A program made the translations under genes and the position numbers. Below, piece after piece: positions 11,001 through 19,400 of a DNA stretch of 64,000 nt. The stretch's first letter is position 1. Every line of letters starts with the position of its first letter. The notes beneath the pieces are model-generated. The model was not told the DNA's origin. It did not search any database and worked only from the letters and a program-made list of their open reading frames with translations. The DNA is taken from contig OZ224045.1 of the NCBI GenBank assembly GCA_963665325.3, positions 2,304,001 through 2,368,000 on the forward strand, read 5' to 3'. Source of the stretch: Alphaproteobacteria bacterium (lineage in GTDB: Bacteria; Pseudomonadota; Alphaproteobacteria; Bin95).

Positions 11001-11691
11001 GGTATCGACGCCCGGCGTCGGCAATCTCACGGCTGCGACGGGCGATGCAAGCCGCGTGCGGGCCGTATTGGAAGGGTCGCGGGCGTTCGCGCTGGCGGGC
11101 GGCGGGGCGCTGGCGCCGTCGCTGTCGCTCGGGCTGCGCCATGACGGCGGCGATGCGGAGACGGGCTCTGGCGTGGAGGTCGGCGCCGGGCTCACATGGT
11201 CCGCGCCGGCAGCCGGTCTGACCTCGGACCTTCGCCTCTACGGCCTGGCGGCGCATGAGGCGGGCGGCTACGACGAATGGGGAGCGAGCGGTTCGCTGCG
11301 GATGGTTCCGGGTGCGTCGGGCCGCGGGATGTCGCTGTCGATGACGCCGTCATGGGGCGCCCGGGACCAGGCCGGGCGGCTGTGGGATGCGGCGCCCGGC
11401 GGGTTGGCCGGGGACGGCGACAGGGAGCAGCCGGGCATGCGCCTCGACACGGAACTCGGCTATGGCCTGCCCCTGTCGGACGGCCTGACCGGCACGCCGT
11501 ATGCGGGCTTCGGGTTCGGCGAGGCCGGCGCCCGGGACTACCGCCTCGGCTGGCGGCTCGCGTCGGACCGGTTGCAATCGTTCTCTCTGGGCGTCGAGGC
11601 GACCCGCCGCGAGGCCGCGAACGACAACGGATCGGGGGAGGGCGGCAAGCCGGAGCACGGCATGACGCTGCGCGCCGGGCTGCGTTGGTAG
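8041..11691 (+). pseudogene. Surface/autotransporter-like protein, copy 2 (barrel type A), 5'-truncated by IS21
   Basis: Starts mid-domain (DYDWCTEMTVGYG) right at the IS end with no signal peptide; TGQPSITGTPQVG repeats, Calx-beta, barrel near-identical to copy 1. Confidence 0.82.
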
Positions 11692-11724
11692 GGCCGGCAT
11701 CCGGGGCGTGACCGCGCCCCGGCC

Positions 11725-11847
11725 GGCTCTGTTGCGAAGTTGGTTTGGACTGATGAAGAGTCCGCGCTGTCCAGGGCGAAGGGCAGCGGCATGAACGATT
11801 TCAAGGGGCGTCGCTTCGAGGGAGAGATCGTGCTCTGGGCCGTGCGC
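11725..11847 (+). mobile_element. IS6 family left-end fragment
   Basis: GGCTCTGTTGCGAAG terminal repeat, then ATG at 11791 encoding MNDFKGRRFEGEIVLWAVR (IS6100/IS26-like N-terminus), which breaks off. Confidence 0.8.
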
Positions 11848-11957
11848 ATTGGCACGATGATCGTCTCCGGGGACGGCGGCCGGTATCCCAGGCTGCTGTG
11901 CGGGCGCACGGCGTTGTAGTGGTGTCGCCAGGATTCGATCAGAACCTGGGCTTCCTG
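11847..11957 (-). pseudogene. IS3 family transposase C-terminal fragment
   Basis: EAQVLIESWRHHYNAVRPHSSLGYRPPSPE. Confidence 0.8.
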
Positions 11958-11965
11958 GTATTATT

Positions 11966-12907
11966 TTAATCCGTAGGATCGATGACCAGCGAAGCGTAGT
12001 CAGATTCGTAGAGTTTTTGGTTTTCGACCACGGCAAGGCGTTGGAGACAATATAGCTGCCAATAACCCTGCCATATCTCGGACCGGTGGTCGAGATGCTC
12101 GACCACCAGTCCGAGACCGCTGGCATCCTCCCATGAGATCATCTGTGAGTGCGACAGCCACCGTGTCGTGTCGAGAAGCTCGCTCGCCGTCGCTGACCAA
12201 TTGCCGTCCGGCCGAATACTGTCCGGCCGAAACATACCAGACCGCAGTAGAGATTCGGCGGACTGACGCGCGCGGTGCCTGGCCGCTTCACACAGTTTGA
12301 TAGTGGCTGGATCGATCTTACCAAGCATGATTTGAGCCGCGAGATTGTTGGGATCGTTCTGGAGTTCCTCCGCGTATGCATCGTAGGCATCAAGGTAGTT
12401 CTGTACGGACCGCCATCCGCCGGGGAGAAATATCTGCGGGTCAATCGGCCCGAGTTCAGACGTGTCGCTCATTACGACACTGTCGGCGCCGAGCACCATG
12501 ACCGTGCCAGCACTTTTGGCAAAATCCGGAACGATGATACGAAACGCTGCTTGCCCAATCCTACTCCTCGTCAATCGGATTATCTTCTCGGCAGCATCGA
12601 CGCTACCCCCTCCGGTATGAAGTAGTAGATCCACGTCTACGTTCGGGGGCACATTATGAAGGAGATCCGCAAATGGCATAGTGTCATCGATGTCGATGTG
12701 ACGGTGAATGCCTGATACGTAGCAAATTAGCCGGCGAGAAGTGCTTTCCTGAATCTCTTTGATGATTGCCTGCCGCTGGTAGCGTGCAGCATTGCTTGCC
12801 TGGAACAACGGTGTTTTAGTCACTGGTAGTACGGCATGCTCGAGGACAGTGTCGGTTTGGTCTGGTAAAAGATCCCCGCCGTTTCCCGGCATAGACGGTT
12901 GTGTCAT
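11966..12907 (-). CDS. ClpP-class SDH-type serine protease
   Basis: DLLLHTGGGSVDAAEKI...VPDFAKSAGTVMVLGAD...SELGPIDPQ...WLSHSQMIS. Confidence 0.85.
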   Translation of the reverse strand: MTQPSMPGNGGDLLPDQTDTVLEHAVLPVTKTPLFQASNAARYQRQAIIKEIQESTSRRLICYVSGIHRHIDIDDTMPFADLLHNVPPNVDVDLLLHTGGGSVDAAEKIIRLTRSRIGQAAFRIIVPDFAKSAGTVMVLGADSVVMSDTSELGPIDPQIFLPGGWRSVQNYLDAYDAYAEELQNDPNNLAAQIMLGKIDPATIKLCEAARHRARQSAESLLRSGMFRPDSIRPDGNWSATASELLDTTRWLSHSQMISWEDASGLGLVVEHLDHRSEIWQGYWQLYCLQRLAVVENQKLYESDYASLVIDPTD

Positions 12908-13260
12908 TTATTCTCTCTCCGGCTATCGGCAGCCCATTTGATTTTGCCGTTGCGCAAGATGAAGTGGCAGCGGCGTTTAGGGGTGATGTCGTCAATGCTG
13001 GGCCGGATCGACAGTGGCTTCACAGAGTCGACACTCCAGTGGGGGTATCGAGACCTGTCCAAATTCACCATCAAGCGATGCCCTGTTCGGCAGGGACAGT
13101 CGAAAACGACCCAAGTCAGGCGCTCTGGCCTGCCAACGAGGACTACGCCCTTGTCGGGCAACCGATCGGGCACCTCATCGCCAGCGTTGACCAGTCCAAC
13201 GATCCGCCAAGGGCGCCATGGGATTGGTAGCCATCGCCACCAGGCAATCAGCTTCTTCAT
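12904..13260 (-). CDS. DUF6527-like small Cys/His protein
   Basis: WVVFDCPCRTGH...NLD...W...LSIRPSI...CHFILRNGKIKW; ATGA overlaps at both ends. Confidence 0.78.
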   Translation of the reverse strand: MKKLIAWWRWLPIPWRPWRIVGLVNAGDEVPDRLPDKGVVLVGRPERLTWVVFDCPCRTGHRLMVNLDRSRYPHWSVDSVKPLSIRPSIDDITPKRRCHFILRNGKIKWAADSRRENK

Positions 13261-14639
13261 CCCAACCATGTCTGCTCAAGGAATGGTTCTGTGACGCCGA
13301 GTCCCAGCTTGTCCGCCCCCGGGTGGCAGTAGTGACCGTCGCCTGGGCCCTGGTCGTTGGTGGACACCTCCCGTTCGTGCGTCCGTAGCAGTATCTCCGT
13401 GGGTACAGGCTCAGCGCCGTAGTGAATGAGCCGCTCGAGCAGTTCGCTCACCGCCACTGCCGCCACCTGTGTCGTAAACGCGACGACTGCAGGCTCAGCG
13501 CCTGGCAGTGCAGGGGCGTAGCCCTCATCAGCAAGCCGGCGGTACTCATCTGGGGCGAGCATCTCGGCGGCCGCTCGCTGCAGGTCAATGCGGTTGCGAC
13601 AGACCAGACATGCAGCACCGGGGGCAAGTACCGTCACGCGACCGTCAATTCCGGCGAGTTGGCCCCCAATACCACTGCTCAGCAGCACACCGCAGTCAAT
13701 AACGGGAGTCAAAAGGTACGAAGCGATGCGAGACAGCACGAGCCGACCCGCGTTGTCATCGGTGCAGCCGAAGATAATGTCGGCGTCGAGCAGCAATTTG
13801 GCCGTGGATTCCAACGTTATCTTGGCCTGCGTGGCCATCACTTCGGTATCGGGAGCGATCCGGCTCACGTGGGCGGCACTCAAACTTACTTTCGGCTCGC
13901 CGATGTCTTGGGGGAAGGATCCGTATACGCGGGTGAGGTTACCTTCTGTCAACGTGTCGGGATCAAATAAGTGGAGGTGCCGTACGCCCAGGCGCACGAG
14001 TTGCTCGATAACGGCCGACCCGATACCGCCGCAGCCAACGACGGCGACGCGTAGGTCACCGAGGACCCTTTGGATTTCGCCACCGAAGGCGCGAATATTC
14101 CGATCAAATTGGTTAGAAGATGGCATTGTTTCGTATAGCCAGTTCTGAACGAGCCTAAACCGCCGACCGGTTACCCACAGACGGTCAATCTCGGTGCGTC
14201 TGTTCTCGGATTCGATGTGGCCCGTGAAGCAGAGGCGCGCGCCTGTCCTGGCGACGACAATTGCTCCGTATAAAGAGCTTCCTGCACGGAGCCGGAAGAG
14301 ATCAGCAAGTTCTTCGTCGACTAGCTCATCACGCTTGCTCGGTCTGGGGGATGATTCGTTTCCAGGGTGCGTATGCAGCCAAATTGGGACAGACTGATCG
14401 GCCTCCGCTGCAGCGAGAGCAGGCACGTAGCCTTGGGAGGCAATGCTCATGGCCGTGGCGTTGCGCAGGCGGTAGGCGTCATCCGGTACCCAGTGCAGCT
14501 CACGGGCGAGCAAGCGGACATCTCCGTTAGGCGTCTCCACATGCCGCACCAGCAGAACACCAGCGGTCTCGATGTCAGCGTCGGCCGCCTCCAAGAGTTC
14601 GGCTGCAATCTGGTCCGGAAACACAACCGTGACTGTCAT
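13257..14639 (-). CDS. JAB/MPN peptidase + ThiF/E1 adenylyltransferase fusion
   Basis: N-terminal ETAGVLL...HTHP...PSKRD; C-terminal VGCGGIGS, DPD...NLTR, GCTD, CLVC. Confidence 0.88.
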   Translation of the reverse strand: MTVTVVFPDQIAAELLEAADADIETAGVLLVRHVETPNGDVRLLARELHWVPDDAYRLRNATAMSIASQGYVPALAAAEADQSVPIWLHTHPGNESSPRPSKRDELVDEELADLFRLRAGSSLYGAIVVARTGARLCFTGHIESENRRTEIDRLWVTGRRFRLVQNWLYETMPSSNQFDRNIRAFGGEIQRVLGDLRVAVVGCGGIGSAVIEQLVRLGVRHLHLFDPDTLTEGNLTRVYGSFPQDIGEPKVSLSAAHVSRIAPDTEVMATQAKITLESTAKLLLDADIIFGCTDDNAGRLVLSRIASYLLTPVIDCGVLLSSGIGGQLAGIDGRVTVLAPGAACLVCRNRIDLQRAAAEMLAPDEYRRLADEGYAPALPGAEPAVVAFTTQVAAVAVSELLERLIHYGAEPVPTEILLRTHEREVSTNDQGPGDGHYCHPGADKLGLGVTEPFLEQTWLG

Positions 14640-15028
14640 GGGACCATCTCAGGCACACTGCGTTCCAAGTCTCGCCGGATCAGGGCAAGGAAACTCTCCA
14701 GACCATCGACTCCCGACTGCCACTGCCCGTTGCGGAAGTGTCTCGACCAGCGCTGCCATTTGCGTCCGAGATACGTTCCGACAGCATTGGTGGCCGGCAG
14801 AGCTTGGCCGTTGCTCAGATGAACTGGCGGAGAGAACCACCACATGTCAGGAGGGACATCTGGATAGCCGGGCTTGAGCCGAACCAGAAGGTCCGCCGCA
14901 TCGCGGTTAAACCCACTCGGCAGTGGCCACTGCGGCATTACGACGCATGTTATGCCCACCTCGACCGCGACTTCGTAGCCAGCACACCGTTCGTTCAGAT
15001 AAGTGATGTCGGATTGTGGAAGGGTCAT
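14636..15028 (-). CDS. Prokaryotic E2-like protein (Prok-E2_E type)
   Basis: WPLPSGFN...LLVRLKPGYPDVPPDMWW.SP...WQRWSRH...W. Confidence 0.83.
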   Translation of the reverse strand: MTLPQSDITYLNERCAGYEVAVEVGITCVVMPQWPLPSGFNRDAADLLVRLKPGYPDVPPDMWWFSPPVHLSNGQALPATNAVGTYLGRKWQRWSRHFRNGQWQSGVDGLESFLALIRRDLERSVPEMVP

Positions 15029-15324
15029 TGCAGATGGTGCACCGTTCCGCAGCCGGCGCCAGGATTGATGGTGCCTGGCGCTGTGAAAAAGCGCAGGCCA
15101 TCATAAACCGCGACCGTGTCGTCATCCTTGATTTTGAGGTCAGGGCGCCCGGGAATGACTTGGAAAAGATCGCGATCGGTCGGAATTGGAGTCGGTGGAA
15201 CACGCCGGACTTGAGCTCCGGTGATCTTCTCATCCACCCACTCGTACTGCGCCCGGTCGATCCGGATCGTGAACGCTTTCTGCTCGGGATTGTCCTTGTC
15301 GGGAACTGGATTCTCTGCAGCCAT
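15025..15324 (-). CDS. Ubiquitin-like (multi-ubiquitin-type beta-grasp) protein
   Basis: FTIRIDRAQYEW...ITGAQV...DLF...D.KI.DDDTV...GLRFFTAPGTINPG plus a 10-aa tail; GGAGG RBS before ATG 15324. Confidence 0.8.
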   Translation of the reverse strand: MAAENPVPDKDNPEQKAFTIRIDRAQYEWVDEKITGAQVRRVPPTPIPTDRDLFQVIPGRPDLKIKDDDTVAVYDGLRFFTAPGTINPGAGCGTVHHLQ

Positions 15325-15346
15325 GATAGGCCTCCATATCGAATGT

Positions 15347-15404
15347 GATACCACGATACCATGGTTTGATACCATTTGACAACCGTCTGCCCCAATTGCA
15401 TCAT
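15347..15404 (+). promoter_or_regulatory. Divergent control region with three GATACCA repeats and a sigma70-like promoter
   Basis: GATACCA at 15347, 15355 and 15368; TTGACA(15376)-17 nt-CATCAT(15399), 7 nt before ATG 15412. Confidence 0.62.
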
Positions 15405-15411
15405 CGGTAGC

Positions 15412-15627
15412 ATGAAACCATTCAAAGCGATGACGATTCGCCTGTCTGCCGACCAGTCAGATGAGTTGGATATGATCGCCGCTGTCGATGGTCGGCCGAT
15501 TTCGCAGGTAATCCGCTCGGCGATCGCGGGGCACATCGAGGAACGCAAACGCGACGCCTCGTTTCAAGACACCCTCCGTCAACGCATCGAGCGTGCACGG
15601 CGAATGCTGCCAAACGACGAGCAGTAG
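15412..15627 (+). CDS. CopG/RHH family regulator
   Basis: MKPFKAMTIRLSADQSDELDMIAAVDGRPISQVIRSAIAGHIE. Confidence 0.8.
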   Translation: MKPFKAMTIRLSADQSDELDMIAAVDGRPISQVIRSAIAGHIEERKRDASFQDTLRQRIERARRMLPNDEQ

Positions 15628-15657
15628 GGTGAGCGAGTAGGACTTCGAGCGGGTGCA

Positions 15658-16200
15658 CGCGGGTTTGCGGGCTCGCTGGCCTGGGACCCGGAGCCTTCGT
15701 CCGACGGGGGTCCGCGGCTCACGCTGAGCCAGACGGTGGGCGGGTCCGCTGCGGGCGCGGTGGAGACGCTGCTGCGGCCGGAGACGGCGCGGGTGCTGGA
15801 GGCGGCGAACGACCCCGGATCGGGGTCCGGGGCAGGCAACAGCGGGCAGAGCCGGCTCGAGGCGCGGCTCGGTTATGGCTGGCCTTCGTTCGGCGGTCGT
15901 TATACGACGGTGCCGGCGATCGGGGTCGGGCTGACGGAGGCAACCCGGGAATATATCCACTCCTGGCGCCTGGCGGAGGCTGGGAGTGCGGGTCTGGTGC
16001 TCGGGCTTGACGTGGAGGCGGTACGGCTGGAGCGCGTGACGGGCGATGCGGCGCCGGAGCACCGGCTGGTGCTGGGGCTCGGCTGGCGGCGCGAGGACGC
16101 CACGTTCGAGTTCCGTCTCGAAGGCTCGCATCTGCAGCCGGTCAGCGGCAACCGGGCGCCCGAACACCGCATCGGCCTTACCCTGACCGCGCGATGGTGA
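15658..16200 (+). pseudogene. Orphan 3' part of a type-B barrel gene
   Basis: RGFAGSLAWDPEPS...RLEARLGYG...HRIGLTLTARW, homologous to 20733-21263; no 5' part. Confidence 0.85.
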
Positions 16201-16416
16201 CCGGGCGGCACAAGCCATTGCGGTTGTCGCGGGCGGCGCGGACCGCCGGCCGGATCGCCGGAACGAAGCGCCCGTTCGTCCGTGCAAGCGCGCTCCGGGC
16301 GTACAAAGAGCCCGCTGCCGAGCGGTTTTTGACAAATTAATTCTCATTTCCCTCCCGTCTGGGAGGCGCGCCGATATTCGGAAACGGCATAGATTCCATG
16401 CCTGTCGAGTGAACGG
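16184..16416 (+). repeat. Conserved adhesin leader, copy 1 (second copy at 21600-21828)
   Basis: About 230-bp imperfect direct repeat with a CCTCCC-N4-GGGAGG hairpin and GGAAAC-N17-TGTCGA. Confidence 0.8.
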
Positions 16417-16439
16417 TATTCGCCGGTACGGGGGGTCGT

Positions 16440-19400
16440 ATGAGGGGTCCGGGACGCTTTGTGTTTTTCGATTCCACACCAGAACGGAAACCGGGAGCCG
16501 GGCGCTCCATAACCCGACTGTGGGTCCGGGCGTTTGCGGCCCCGGTCCTGGCGGCCGGGCTGTCGATGGCATCGGCCGCGTTCTTCGCCACCAGCGCCCA
16601 GGCGCAAACGAGCGATGTCACGCTGGTCTCGAACATCGGCCTATCTACCGCAGGGAACCACGGCCGGACGGAGCCGCTCGCGCAGCGTTTCAACACGGGG
16701 GCGGCGCCCCTTGGGTACATGCTCACGTCGGTTGTGGTCGAGTACATAAACAATGAGGCCGGCAGCGTTTCGGCGAAGGTGTGTACGGTCACCGGCGCCG
16801 ACCAGCCGACCTCCACATGCACGGACTTCACCGCGCCGTCGATACCTGATGGCGGGAACAGAACCTTCACGGCGCCGGGGGACGGCATGTTTCTGGCGCC
16901 GAGCATGAAATACACGGTGGTGCTGACGCCGGACGAGACCAACGCGCTCATCTATTACAGAACGACCGCTAATGACAATGAGGATTCCGGGAAGCTTCCC
17001 GGTTGGAACATCGCGGGCGAATACCGTGTCTACAACGGGACCTCGTGGGTAAGTGACGACGACTCGCACGCACTCAAGATTCGTCTCAGGGGCAGCATTG
17101 TCAGAACCGTCGGCCCCAACGCCAACGCCACGGGGGCGCCGGACATCACGGGCCCGGCGCAGGTCGGCCAGAGGCTGAGAGCCCAAATGGGCGACATCGC
17201 CGACCCGGACGGGCTGCCGTCAGGCACGTTCCCGGACGGCTACTCCTTCCAGTGGATCCGGGTGGACAGCTCGGACAACGAGACGGACATCGCGGGGGCG
17301 ACGTCGGACACCTACACGCCGGTCACGCCCGGCGACCTCGGCCATACGCTCAAGGTGCAGGTGTTCTTCTTTGACGGCGACTCCATGGGCGAGGCGCTGA
17401 CCAGCGCCGCGACCAATCCGGTGGTGCCGGGCGCCGCGCCATGCTCGGCGGAGTCGGTGTGGTGCACGGTGCTGACCTCGGGCACCCTTGCCGCGCTTGG
17501 CGGCGACCCCCCAACAGTCGGCTTCCGCGGAGGCGGCGCGTTCGGCGGCCTCGTCGACGATACCTTCACCTTCGGCGGGACGACCTACTCGGTCACCGAA
17601 CTCACCAGTAACGGCGCTTCTGCCATCAATCTGAATACCGCCCCGCTACTGCCCGCCGACGGCGGCGGGCTGACGCTGCACGTCCAGAAGCTCATGGGCA
17701 CGCTCGATCTGGCGCTGGCCGATGCTTTCGGTTCGCCCCACACAGGAGCCAGTTGGAACTGGAACGGGGTGGTCGGCACCGGCCCCGGCAACCCGGTGCT
17801 GCTGCGCATGTTCCGCCGGATCAACGAGCGCTACCAGGAGGGAACCGACCCCGGCACGCGCGTCACGGTGTGGCTGAGCCCGCCGCCGGGTGTGAGCTTC
17901 GAGGAGCCGACCTACCTGGCGTACGAGGCCGGCGAGGGCGCGCCGGTGACGGTGACGCTGACCCCGGCGCCGACCTCGCCGGTGACGATCCCGATCACGG
18001 CGACCGGCCAGGGCGGGGCGACGTCCGCGGACTGGGACGGCATTCCGTCGATTCTGACCTTCGCCGCGGGCGAGTCGAGCAAGACGTTCATGGTGAAGGC
18101 GGTGGAGGATGCCGCCGCCGAAGAGGGCGAGCGCGTGGAACTCGGGTTCGGGACGCTGCCCACCGGCACCCCGGAGGGCTACCGGACGACAACGGAGGTG
18201 CATTTCTTCGACAGGGCGAGCCCGGGCGATGTTCGCCTGGTGGGAGGGAACGGCCTGCCGACGGCCGACGGCAGGGGCCGCCTGCAGGTGTTCTACCAGA
18301 GGCAGTGGGGCACGGTGTGCGACGACCGCATGGAGGGCAGCTTCAATATCTACGGCAACAGGGGCAACGTGCTTCGGACCGTGCCCAACCACGCGCCGGC
18401 GCTCGCTTGCCAGCTCATGGGCTACGAGACCGGCGAGGACATCCCCCTCGGCCCCTTCCGGAAAAGAAGCAGCGTCCCCGAGCCCATCTGGCTCGACGAC
18501 CTGCGCTGCGAGGAGCGCAACGTGATGATGTACGGCGAGGAGAGCGGCAGGCACTGGACGGGGGAGCTGCCGACACAGCTCGACCACTGCTTCCATGCCG
18601 GGATCGGGCGCGACAACTGCACACACGACGAGGACGTGGCGCTGCAGTGCACCGGCGTGAACCCGAATATCGGGAACCAGGTCGTGGCCGAGCCGCTGCG
18701 GGTGGCGTTTGTGGACGTTCCGAAGACGGGCCATGACGGCGAGACGGCGTTCACGTTCGGGCTCGACTTCAGCGAGGCGGTGGCGATCACGGCCGAGGAC
18801 ATGCGCGACCACGCGCTCGATGTGAGCGGGGCGACGGTGACCTCTGCGGCGCTGGCGGACGGACGCGACGACCTGTGGGAGTTCACGCTCGAGCCCTCGG
18901 GCACCGATAACGTGGTCATCACGGTGGCGGGGAAGGACAGTTGCTCGGACACCGGGGCGCTGTGCACCGCGCTCGGAGCGGGGCTGGAGAACCGGCTTTC
19001 GACGGTGATTCCCTACGTGCCGGCGCCGGCGGAGGCGGGTCTGACGGCGGAGTTCCTGGACGTGCCCGACGAGCATGACGGCTCGAGCGCGTTCACGGTG
19101 CGCCTGGTGTACAGCGAACCGGTGTTCGACGGGACCGAACCGTTCCACAAGAACCGGTCGGTACGCGACGCGCTGTCGGTGAGTGGCGGCAGCGCCACGA
19201 AAGCAGTCCGGGTCGACGCCGACAGCTACGACCAGTGGACGATCACGATCCGTCCGACCGACCACAACCCGGTCACGGTGACACTGCCGGCGGGCGGCGA
19301 CTGCGCGACGGGGCCCTGCACCGACGACGGGCAAACGCTCTCGCAGGAGGTCAGCGCCACCATCGAGGGCCCGCCGGGGCTGTCGGTTGCCGATGCGGAA

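Noticed and set aside
13257-14639. ThiF/MoeB for thiamine or molybdopterin synthesis, or CBASS Cap2/Cap3
   Set aside because: There are no cofactor genes or ThiS/MoaD-type GG terminus and no CD-NTase; the context is Ubl plus E2.
16329-16416. Known riboswitch (e.g. c-di-GMP) in the adhesin leader
   Set aside because: I could not match the consensus motifs by eye; kept only as a promoter or leader candidate.
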